DNA of 64,000 bases from Schmidtea nova (taxonomy: Eukaryota): contig CM097884.1 in assembly GCA_044892505.1 (NCBI GenBank), positions 89,342,001 to 89,406,000 of the forward strand. Reading direction: 5' to 3'. Below, piece after piece: positions 27,241-38,527 of the stretch. The notes beneath the pieces are model-generated. The model saw only the letters and a list, made by a program, of their open reading frames with translations. It had not been told where the DNA came from and ran no database searches. How positions within the stretch are numbered: the first letter of the stretch is position 1; every line of letters begins with the position of its first letter. A program made the translations under genes and the position numbers.

Positions 27241-27699
27241 AATTTTATTCTCTATTGTTTCTACAATTAATTCTCGCAATTCCTAATTTATATATTTATT
27301 TTTTAAATATAATCAATTTTATTATTATCTCTTAGCTTACTATAGTTTATTACTATAGTAAGCTATTTGATTTAAATATTTGAATTCGGGTTAATAACAA
27401 TAATACACAAAAAATAATAATAATCTTAAACTTGCGATGACCTAAAGGGGGGGAATTTTACGTACGCGACACGAAACAAAGAAAAAAATAATAAAAATAA
27501 TACTTTTCAGTACACCACATCCATTTATTGACTGCATTGTTTAATAATATTCTCATTATTTAGAAATAATCTAATTTCCTCCAAAGAATCTACAAAGTTT
27601 TGCAAAACATTTGTCACAAAACTCACAATATCATCTTATATTTTCAATCCTGTCTTGACATATAACGCTAAATGATGAATAACGCAATGGAAACCAATA

Positions 27700-28455
27700 A
27701 TTGAATGTCCAATACGTTTATAAATTTATAAACCCATTTTCCTGTCATGTAAAGCTGCGAGTACCATCAGTTTTAACTGATGAAATTTTGGAAGTACAAA
27801 TTTCTTTTTTGCCCTATGTTCCTGTAACTGCATTACAAATTTCTACTCATTTTGTTGTTGTTAGTGTTGAACAAACTTTCTAATTCTTCTTTAATGTTAT
27901 TTTGAGCAAAATAACGTACAAAAATTGTTAAACGAGCTGAGCATGTTATGTCGGTGAACTCATCAAGGCAAATGGAAATGAAATTGCAAGATTTTATATT
28001 TATTTGTTGTTGTAAACTTACATTTTCCGCCATTCCAAAAATTATCTCTTTCACTGAATTCTTAGCTAATGGCATGTCTTTAATTCTTTGGATAATTTTT
28101 TCTTTATTCTCGAAATCTTCGAATAAGTATGGTTTACACTGCAACCAAGCTTCCTTTAAAAATTCACCTTCATTAAAAGTTTTCTCGTATGAGAAATATT
28201 TTTTGAAGCTTGATAACTAGCAGATATGGCGTTTGATTGAGTTCCAATATATTTCAATAAGGATATAGTTTGAGCATTTTAATTTTTTAAAATACGTGAT
28301 ATATAATCTTTTTGCTCTTCTACACTTCGATTGAGAAGAGTTTTATTATTTTCCCATTTTCCAACAGCTTTACTGTCTTTATTAATCGTGCCGTATCTAT
28401 CGGTTTACCATTTTTGAAATTCTCTGTTGCTACCTGTTTCTGATAATTTCGATTT
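27700..28455 (-). mobile_element. hAT (Charlie/GTF2IRD2-like) transposase fragment
   Basis: EGEFLKEAWLQC, IKDMPLAKNSVKE, FISICLDEFTDIT..ARLTIFVRY. Confidence 0.8.
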
Positions 28456-29711
28456 TTCATTGAACTGGCCATAATAAAAAATTTTAAAAAATAATTTAAA
28501 AAATTTTAAATATATGTATTAATGTAATAACTACCTTAAAATAAAACCGTATTGTTTGTAAATAGTTATATTTAACGAGTCACTGAATAAAGTTTTAAAA
28601 TGACACATGCAAACGCGTGGTTTTGTTACAAAGACTAATGATTCACTGCTAATACAGTTTGTTTTCAAGCCGGAGCAAAAACTGCTTTTAAAACGAGCGT
28701 TTCAATAGTTGTGCAATTTGCCGCTTTTGGTTAATCAACTTATATCATAGGTAGATAAATTTTAATAAATTTAAATTATAAATTATTTTTAAGTGGATTT
28801 TTGAATTTTCTATTACATTTTTATAATTTAAAAAATAAATTTTCATATATTTATATAAGAGATCGTTTAATTCGATCCATTGGTTTAAATAAAGTTTAAG
28901 TAAAACAATACATAACTCAACTCAAAAAGAATATTAACAACAATACAATTCAAGCAATTTAATAACCAATAAAATGTCTCAATTTCTGAAATGTTTAACC
29001 CTGATTCAGTCCCAATCCGTTTTCCAACGTCTTTATGGAATAAAAGATTCCTCTGACCCTGATAGACCTTGGTGCTGGCCCTTATTTGCCAATTCATTTT
29101 TACTATTTTTACATCTTCCTCAGCAACAGCCTTAAGTGATGTATGGCTCATTCTTTGAAGGAATCTCCAATTGGGTGAATAAAACTGATTGGTTTGTGAA
29201 TCAGTTGCAAAGTTCATAATATAACCTGAATTAATTAATTTATGCTATTATCATTGTTGTTATTAATAAAGGGTTTTCTCAAAATATTATCTAACTTTCG
29301 AATGATAAACCTTTAATCTCCAATAGCTCCAAAATTATACTTATCTAAATTAAATTTATTTATACAGATATATTACGCGAAAATTCTTTTTTGATTTTTA
29401 TGTTTCGCCTGAAACATATGTTAAAAATGATTATAAGTTTAACATTTCATGGAGCCAAAAACATTGAAAATGGTGGCAAAAATGAAAAAAAGTCATCCTG
29501 GTCTATTTATGATTGGCCTTTTAATTACAAAGACCGTTATCTGAAACCTTTTCCGGTTCAGTCCTAAGAACAATGTCTTATACAACTGTTATCCAAGATA
29601 CCACTGTTTAGGAATAGATAATGAATTTTTCTCACTAATATTATAACAAAACTAATTATTTTTATCAATTTTACTAAAAAAACAAATTAAAGTTTTTAAA
29701 AATGTTAATAG

Positions 29712-30050
29712 ATCAAAAAATTAGGCGAACTCGGACTTTTGTCGTTGATTGTTCCTGAAAATAAAGGAGGATCAGGACTTGATTATTTAGCTTATACTAT
29801 AGCCATGGAAGAAATAAGTCGAGGATGCGCTTCTGTGGGAGTAATTATGACAGTTAATAATTCGCTTTACTTAGCTCCTCTACTCAAACACAGTAATGCA
29901 GATCAGTGGGAAAAATTTGGAAAGCCATTTCTTCATAGTGGTAAAGTAGGCTGTTTTGCTCTTTCAGAGCCAGCTAATGGAAGTGACGCTGGAGCAGCTT
30001 CAACTACTGCTCGTAAAGATGGTGATAATTGGATTTTGAATGGCACGAAA
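29712..30050 (+). CDS. ACADS: Short-chain acyl-CoA dehydrogenase, first visible internal exon (113 codons)
   Basis: AG at 29710-29711, GT at 30051; [10 protein letters not shown]...[20 protein letters not shown]...[21 protein letters not shown]...LNGTK. Confidence 0.93.
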
Positions 30051-30092
30051 GTAATATTACATTATCTAAGAATCGGAATAATAAGATTTAAG

Positions 30093-30395
30093 TCCTGGAT
30101 AACAAACGGTTACGAAGCAGAAGCAGCTATTGTATTTGCTACTACTGATAAATCTCTTAAACACAAGGGCATTTCGACATTTATTGTACCAAAACCTATC
30201 GCTGGATTAAGTTTAGGAAAGAAGGAAGAGAAACTCGGTATTAGAGCATCTTCAACGTGTCAATTGATATTTGAAGATTGCAAAATTCCTGGAAATTATT
30301 TACTGGGTACCTCTGGTCTTGGCTTCAAAATTGCAATGCAAACATTAGACGGTGGACGTTTAGGAATAGCAGGACAAGCTTTAGGTATTGCCCAA
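30093..30395 (+). CDS. ACADS: ACADS exon (101 codons)
   Basis: AG at 30091-30092, GTGAGT at 30396; SWITNG...[14 protein letters not shown]...[25 protein letters not shown]. Confidence 0.95.
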
Positions 30396-30899
30396 GTGAG
30401 TTTATATTTAAATATATCTAAACTTATGTAATAAAATTTGATTTACATTAATAATTTAATAAATGCTATTTTNNNNNNNNNNNNNNNNNNNNNNNNNNNN
30501 NNNNNNNNNNNNNNNNNNNNNNNNNNNNNNNNNNNNNNNNNNNNNNNNNNNNNNNNNNNNNNNNNNNNNNNNNNNNNNNNNNNNNNNNNNNNNNNNNNNN
30601 NNAAAGAAAATAAATAAATAATTATTCTTTTCCAGAAAAAGTTGTTCAAAAGGGATTCATTGAAATAGATATTTCATACGTAGATAAAAATTTATATTCT
30701 AAAAATAAAATAATTTCATGTTAAAAAAAAAGTAAACAGACTCATAAATTTCCCGGGGCCCTGCATATAACTTATAATATATACAATAATGAAAGCGATG
30801 AATTTTAAAAATTATAAACTCGAATTTCCAGTCTACTTAATATTTTTATTTTGATTATATCGACTTTTCCTCAACGAAGATCTAGTCAATAAAAAAATT

Positions 30900-31486
30900 T
30901 AAATGACTTTAAAAATATAATTAAAAATATTCTTCTGGATCTGGACATTCTTCAATATTTTCAGTTTCTTCAGTATTTTCGTTATCACTGTTTTTAGTTT
31001 CAAAAATTCTAGGTGATATAGATTTAGCCAATTTATATATCTTTTCTTAGTACCGTGTCAAAGAAACTATCATTTTCTCTATGTGACATAATCAGGTTTC
31101 CGTAGGAGTTTAATAACTGATACTAAAGTTTTATCCCACCTTTCAGACATTTCGCCCTTACTGCACTAAGGAGATCTTTATTTAAATTAGTGTTTGATTT
31201 GCCAAAATTATAGATAAAATTTGAGTGGCCCTTCTGTAGTTAATAATGTAGATTCTTCTCGACTAAGAGTTTCATTTCTAATCCAGAGTATTTTAATGTT
31301 GCTAATAATATTTTAGCAACCTCAACATAGTTGTCATTCCACAAACTACCCAAATTTAATTCAATCAATAATGCTTTTTTGATTGGGCAGCTAATTCTTA
31401 CAAATTCTATCTACATAGCCTGCATTGTATTTCACCGTGTACAACAGTCTACAATTACCATTAGCTCTGTTTTTTCCACTTCCATC
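30900..31486 (-). mobile_element. Decayed core of a BED-type hAT transposase (family of 13476-15185)
   Basis: ELMVIVDCCTR*NTMQAM..FVRISCPIKKAL.IELNL and ETLSREESTLLTTEGPLKF parallel DVTHRWNS...ETLGRQDANLLTAKGAMNF. Confidence 0.65.
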
Positions 31487-34400
31487 CATACGCGCCCGTA
31501 GAATTTTTTCCAGGATGGGACAAGGTTTAGATGTTGTGTGTAATTCTTTATCATAGCATTATTGATAACCTCTCTGTAATATAATATATAATCAGAATAA
31601 GTCATAATTTGTCACAAAACACTTTTAACAAATATTAAATCATATATTTCGTTTTAATATTCATTTTTAAATAAAAAATAATAATCAATATTTTTTTAAA
31701 ACAGCGTATGCTTACAATTCATAAGTTACTCAATTTGATTCAAAATATCTCCTTAGTTCATTTTGAAAAAAAATAACTGCAACATTCTCTTATCCAAAGC
31801 AAAACGATTTAAAACTTTTTGAAATATTCATCCTTCATATCTTCGATTAAATGTCGATAAACGCTCATCATACACAAACCATCTAATCTATTTTCAGTCA
31901 TAGTGGATCGTAACCAAGTTTTAACTCTACGAAGAGTACTAAATGACCTCTCAACTGTACAAGAGGTTACTAGAAGTGTAATGGCCATGAAAACTGCCGG
32001 ATAAAAAGTTGATGCGTGTTCTTGTAGATTGACGAAAGACAAATTATCATAATCTTGTTACGGCTTATCTTTACAATAAGCAAACCAAAATAGGGCATTT
32101 ACATTAAAATTTTCTAAATTATCGCCATACTTTTTTTAATTTTTGTAACTATAGCTGAATACAGGTCAAATCTCGATGTAACGAATACCGAAGTAACGAA
32201 ATTTCCAGTTTAACAAATCTATAATTTGTCCCCGACGAACTTCCATACAAAATGTATTGAGCCAAAATTCATTATAACGAAGACCGATCTCAGTATAACA
32301 AAATTTTAGTCTCAATATTTTAGAATTTCGTTTAATTTCACACTTTTTTTTGCTAAATTAGTTTATTATCAACGCTTGGTGACATAACACGTGTTTGGAC
32401 GTGACTGCATAACATATGTAGTGTTTGTCCTATTTTTTTGTTTCGTTGTTTGTATCAGTCTTCAATATTACACTGATTCTAAAACTTTTGATAAACTTTT
32501 AACATTGCATTGGTTTTGTGTTTGTGAGTGGGTTTTACTTTATTCATAATTCTGCTGATTTTAAAAAATTTTTCTAAAACATTTTAGGTTACAATCTTTG
32601 GTGCTTATTAAAATGGACAAAAAACGACGGCAGTTCACGCTGAAGGAGAAAGTAAGCATTTTGGAGGAGATAGATGCTGGGAAAAAGAAGATTGAGGTTG
32701 CTAAAAAACATGACATCGCACCTTCAACTATTTCCACAATTCTTAAAAATAGGAAGAAAATTGAAGAGCAAATAGGACAATGTGCAATGGTGTCTCAAAA
32801 GATAAAGATGCGAAGAGCATTAAATGAAAATGTAGATAAGGCTACATTCACATGGCTTCAGGATCTTCGATCACGAAATCTTCTTGTAAGTGGGCCTTTA
32901 ATTCTGGAGTTTTCAAGGATGCTGAATGTTGAATCATTCCAAGCAAGCATAGGATGGCTCAATAGGTTCCGTGAGCGCTATGGGATTACATCCAGGGCAA
33001 TATGTGTGGAAGGAAACTCTGTTCCACAAGAACGCGTTGTAGAATGGCGTGCAGGTGAAAAATTTAAAGGGGATCTATGTAGGGCTGGGAATAAATCAAA
33101 GGTTCGATTGACTGCCTTATTTTGCTGTAATGCTTCAGGCACGGAAAAGTTGAAGCCTTTAATCATAGGGAAGTATGCAAAGCCGCGCTGCTTCAAAAAA
33201 GTGCAGTCACTTCCTTGTGATTATCGGTCAAACACAGTAGATATTTAATGAGTGGTTGACGGACCTTGATAAAAAAATGAAGCAATACTGTGCTACTACT
33301 GGTCGACAATTGCTCGGCGTATACTGTGACCTGTCAACTGGAGTACGTTTGTGTAGAATTCCCCCCCCCCCCCAAACTGCACAGCATTGCTCCAACCATT
33401 GGACCTTGGGATAATTTGTGCCGTAAAGGTCCATTATAGGGGGCGTTTACTTAAGAAAATACTGCTGAATTTGATGCCAGGAGATGTAAAAAAATTGACG
33501 TCAAAGAAGCGTGTGACATGATATGTGATGCATGGTGGTCCGTGAAGGAGTCCACCATTTTAAAATGCTGGGGGAAATCGTTGGTGATAACTTCAAACAT
33601 AGATATATAAAATGTCGAGGTGGAAGAGTCTGAAGTAAAAGGAAGGGATATATGGAGGTTGCTAGGTCCTGTCCACGATGGCGTTTCCTATGAGGACTAT
33701 GTTGCAATGGACCAAAATTTAATGGTTGTGGCAGAGGTCTCCGATGAGCAAATTATACAAAATGTTCAGCAAAGTACAGAAATTGAATCTTCGGCGAATG
33801 AATATGAGGATGCGAATGACGGAGAAGCTATGCCACCAGACACAAAAATTTCCCTATCGGATGCTCTCGGTGGATTGAAAAACATACGAGGGTATCTATG
33901 CAGTGCGAAAAATGTACCTGAAGATGCCTTTAAAAGTATTTCTGAGTTGGAGGAGTACATTTTAAAAGCTAGTTCAGAAAACGCAAAACAATCAAAAATT
34001 TCTGATTTTTTGTTAAAAAATAAAAAAAACTTCCAATATTTTTGTAAACTTTTTATTTTTTAATAATTCGATGTATCACAGTTTGAAGTTCGCTGTTTCA
34101 TTTCTCTATTGTCCTGTACTCTACACATACACACATACACGGTACCTAATGATGTATCAACCAATCATTGAAGAGCACGCATCCTGTTTGTGTTTGTTTT
34201 AACTTTGTGTTTAGAGTTATTCTTATGCAATACCTAATTTAGTAGGTACCTTATAGAATTTGATGACAATATTGTATAGTACTCACTAAAACAAATTTTC
34301 AGTGTAACGAAACAATTTACTCAGTTTCGTCAGCTTCGTTACAACGAGATTTGACCTGTATTCAGATTTTGATAATTGATAAAAAAATTTAGGTTGCAAC

Positions 34401-36100
34401 TGGAACAATAAATATGCTGTATCAGTTTGTTCAGAAAATCTTTCACATAAAGATGTATTTAGTGAATCCAAATATGGAACGAAAAGAGATCTTCTATAAT
34501 ATGTTTCAATAGAATCGCAGGGTACATTTGACCGATTTTTCTGTTTTTCCACTAAAAGAGGAAATTTTATATCAACACTAATTTGTTGAACACATTTCTC
34601 AACATGTTCCATTATAGTTCGAAAATTCTCTTCGCTGTTTGTACGATGGTTCTGGACAATTAGTTGATGATGTTAATATGCTGTTTAGCAGAGAAGAGAT
34701 TCTGTTTTGGTCCTTGTAGAATATTTGCTAGGGTTCTAGTATACTTGAATATTCTGCCATAATGTGTAAACAAATTATAAAATTTGACGATATAATTGAA
34801 GAGAATGTTGGCGAATGATTGCGTTGCTACCGTCTTCGACTACGGAATGTAGTGCTTCTACTATAGATATAAAACTTTCTTTAAAAACTGATACTTTTAT
34901 ATTTGGCTGTTCACCGCGTTTCACAAAAGAGTGGTATACATGGAATTAACCTCCTTGTTAAGGGACTCTCTCTCTCTCGAAAAAAATAATTATCTATTAA
35001 ATTAATCCAGCTGTGTTTCAAATACACATTGTTTAAATCATTTATAACCAGATTTAATTTATGCGAACCGCAATGAAAAAAACTTTCAAAAGGATATTTG
35101 TTGTGAATTAATTTTTGCACTCTACTTATTTTTCCTGCCATAACAGAACAGCCATATGTACCCTTGACCCACCATTCTTAATGAATTCAAACCAAACTGT
35201 GATAATGAAGAAAGAATTTTGTTTGAAATTGTTTTAGTGTCCATATTTTCCAGAACAACAAATCCTAAAAATTCTTTCCTAATGAAATATCCAGTATATT
35301 TTTATCAACAAATCGTATCGCGATTGATAGTTGTTCTATTCCTAAAATATCAGCAGATTCGTCAGCTATAATAGAATAGAATGGGCTGCTGTTAATAGAC
35401 TCCATAATATGCTCTCGTAAAATATTTCCACATGTGATAATGATATCATTTTGTGTTCGATCTTCGATGTATTTTGCATTTTTTGCCGATGTTTCTTCGT
35501 GTTTTTTAGAACTGTGTCTCCTGTATCTATACGAAAATCCATTAAATTTCTGAAAACACTTTGGTCGTAATCTTTTCCTCTTATTAGAAGCCCATGTATT
35601 GCACAAAATACGATACTTTTAATAATTGGTAATAATTTTTGCCTTTTGGATTCTATTACTTTTTGCATTGACCAATCAATTTGTTCAACCACATCTTTTT
35701 TTCATGACGCATTATTTGAATGAAAGTATTAGCACTTGCTGTTGATTCATAATGCCATTTAGACGCTACATGCCGTTTTATACTGTCATGCAAATCTTTA
35801 TGCTCTGTGAACTCTTAAAATAAAACTATTTTGAAAACATCTATCTACGCGCGGTTTGAATAAAATGCATGGTCGACAAAATATACCTTTTTTCTTTTGT
35901 GAGTAGGACATGAATGAGTACTCACTTAACACTGGTAATAAAAAACTCTGGACCCTACGGAGTCTGCTTTGAAATTATATTCTTGGTTCGGTATCCAGGG
36001 CGAGTTAGTGCCTTATATCGCATTCCACTTGAACTGACGGAATTAGATTCTACAAAATAGCCAATTTTGAAATCATAATTATTTCCCGTATTTGTTAACT
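31487..36100 (-). mobile_element. hAT transposon, THAP12/P52rIPK-like, decayed and split by a Tigger
   Basis: TIR-like CATACGCGCCCGTAG at 31487; ERSFSTLRRVKTWLRSTM, YYRRSLFVPYLDS, HCGSHKLNLVI, FYSIIADESADI..IEQLSIAIRFV; frame joins across the Tigger (LSKSEY|SAIVTK); other end not found. Confidence 0.85.
32162..34358 (+). mobile_element. Tigger/pogo (CENP-B-like) DNA transposon, internally deleted
   Basis: 24-bp TIR CAGGTCAAATCTCG(A/T)TGTAACGAA, TA TSD; RRQFTLKEK psq-HTH, ASIGWLNRFRERY, RLTALFCCNASGTEKLKPLIIGK, QPLDLGII; the first catalytic NxDET segment is missing. Confidence 0.93.
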
Positions 36101-36202
36101 TCGAAGTTGATTGATCTATATATTTCGAATCATCTTGTACTGCTACTGGTTTGTCATTTGTGGTAAATTAAATGATTTTCCACTCATAGATGTTTTAATG
36201 AA

Positions 36203-36525
36203 TTAATTTTTATTAGTTCTGTGAAAAGATGTTCCATCGACAGCTGCTAACTTTGAAACTAATTCACCCATAGTTGGTCGCTGTAAGAAATATTCAATTA
36301 CTGGATTAACTCCGTACCTGTATCTTTTTGCATTTTTTGAGATACTTTGACCATAATTGGTTTCTTCTCTTTTATACCTATGTACACCTTCAAAATGTCT
36401 ACGCAGACCAATAGTCGCCGATCTTTTACATGAAAGTGATTTAAGACAAATCTTACATATTGCCAAATCTTTATTACTTCCACTTTTCTAAAATGTTCCC
36501 AACAGGCCAGGTAAGTTTTACTCAT
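36203..36525 (-). mobile_element. BED-finger N-terminus of a hAT transposase
   Basis: CWEHFRK..AICKICLKSLSCKRSATIGLRRHFEGVH and MGELVSKLAAVDG, homologous to 13476-13898. Confidence 0.8.
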
Positions 36526-36949
36526 TTTGTGCGTATTTGGTTTCTATTTTTTAGTTAGAATTATTTTACAAACAATATTTTTAATAAAACAACTTCTTAT
36601 CTTAAATTTATTATTCCACAAGTTACAGTTATATGGTTTCCTGTTTTCAATAAAAAATATTTTATATACAAAATTCTAATTATTACTTCAGTAAAACAAC
36701 ACTTATACCTCCACTTGGCTATTTCACAATTAGTTATAGTAATTGCTCAAAACTGATAATTTATTTATTATAAAAGTATACTGTCGGTAATTCCCCGAAT
36801 TATGAAGAATGGAACAACAACTGATGTATGAGACAATGATGAATAATAAAATATAAAACTAACGGTGTAGTAAAAAGAATTGTATGACACTGATGAATAA
36901 GAAAACAGAACGGCAAATTATTAAAGCTTTGAAAATTTCCCAAAATATA

Positions 36950-37090
36950 GGGTTTCCCTTTCGTTAGGGACAATTTTCCTACCAAAAGTAACAGTTTCCC
37001 TATCAAATCGGACATTTTCCCTATCAATAGTATCATTTTCCCTATTAATTGTAACATTTTCCCTATCAATAGTAACATTTTCCCTATCAT
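36950..37090. repeat. 21-bp tandem repeat (AACATTTTCCCTATCAATAGT), decaying leftwards
   Basis: About 6-7 copies. Confidence 0.8.
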
Positions 37091-37175
37091 TATGGAAATA
37101 ATTAAAAAATATAAAAGTGACAAAAAAATATAATACATAAAGTAAAGAATAAAACTGAGATTATCATATATGATT

Positions 37176-37440
37176 TTATTCATTAAATATTTCACGATAT
37201 CTACAGCGTTCGATAGACCTCAGCATTTTTCTAAAAAATCCATTACAATCCTCGGTTGTTATTGCTTGAAATCCAGTGTTTATTTGGCGAAATAACTCCA
37301 CCTCAGATGTAACCTCAGCCCTTGCAACATTATTTTTCCACTTTGAAAAGCAATTTTCGATCATATTTAACATTGGTGAATATGGTGGAAAGAAAAACAA
37401 ATTAATATTATCTCTTTGAATTAATTCATCCAATCTAATA
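37176..37440 (-). mobile_element. Tc1/IS630-type transposase C-terminal fragment
   Basis: FFPPYSPMLNMIENCFSKWK...ITTEDCNGFFRKM. Confidence 0.8.
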
Positions 37441-37619
37441 AAAAAATCTAACAAAAAAAAATTCATCCAATATAACAAAATTTTATTCAAATAATACACT
37501 TTATTATATTTTTTGCATATTTCTCTAGAATTGAGACTATAATTTTATTAATTTTCTCGAGAAGAAACCCTAATTACTAGATTATACACATTTAATCATT
37601 TTTTATTAATTTGTTTAGT

Positions 37620-37670
37620 GCCTGACGATGCCAGCTGAACTGTCTAAATATATTGGGAAAAACGGTGTTC
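37620..37670 (+). ncRNA. Degenerate Penelope-type hammerhead relic
   Basis: GCCTGACGATGCCAGCTGAACTGTCTAAATATATTGG aligns with 45183-45220; GAAA mutated to TAAA and stem II broken. Confidence 0.55.
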
Positions 37671-37786
37671 CTTTATTGTAAAAAATTACCATCGATATTT
37701 AATTGCTTATTTGATATTTATTTTTAAAGTTTATAAGTCTCACTATACTCTCTTTCACTTGTATGTTTATTGTGAATATTTGACAG

Positions 37787-38020
37787 GCTGCTCTTGAATG
37801 TGCAGTTGATTATTCTGCTAAAAGGTTCTGTTTCTCTCAGCCGATTGCTAAATTTCAAGCTATCCAAATTAAGTTAGCTGATATGGCTACCCGATTGGAA
37901 GCAGCACGACTTCTCACGTGGAATGCTGCTCGAAAATGCGACAAAGGAGAATCATTTACTAAAGATGCTGCGATGGCTAAATTAGCGGCATCAGAAGCTG
38001 CCACATTTGTATCACATCAA
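37787..38020 (+). CDS. ACADS: ACADS exon (78 codons)
   Basis: CAG acceptor ending 37786, GT at 38021; [13 protein letters not shown]...[21 protein letters not shown]...[18 protein letters not shown]. Confidence 0.95.
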
Positions 38021-38527
38021 GTAGACTATTGATTTATTATCATTTATTTGCATTAATACTAAGTAATTCTATTAATTCAGTGGGATATTATTAACACAAA
38101 ACAAGATTTTTGTATTTTTCTAAAAATAACATTTAAAATATGACTACTTCGTCAAATTCTCTATTTTTAAAAATATTTCCTTGTAAAAGCCAACGTAGGA
38201 TATAGCTGTACATCTTCCAAAGATTAGAGCTTATTAAACAGGATCCCGAGATCTCAGCTGTAAAATGTTGATCGGTAAATTACAGGGAATAAATCCAATC
38301 AATTATTTATGACAAAAATTTGACGGGTTTTTGTAAATAATTTTCTATTTTGATAACGAATCATTAAACTTTTTAATTAGTTTAAAAAAGCTCATTTAAA
38401 CTTTCAAAACTATCCAAATCTATTCTGTTAATTTGATTTAATTACGAGATTTACAATCATGCTCATCTAATGGACATTAATTACAAATATTAATTATTTT
38501 TATTAATCATTTAAATCAGCCCCGTGG

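Noticed and set aside
28885-29217. 110-aa minus-strand ORF just upstream of ACADS
   Set aside because: No recognisable homology or splice support
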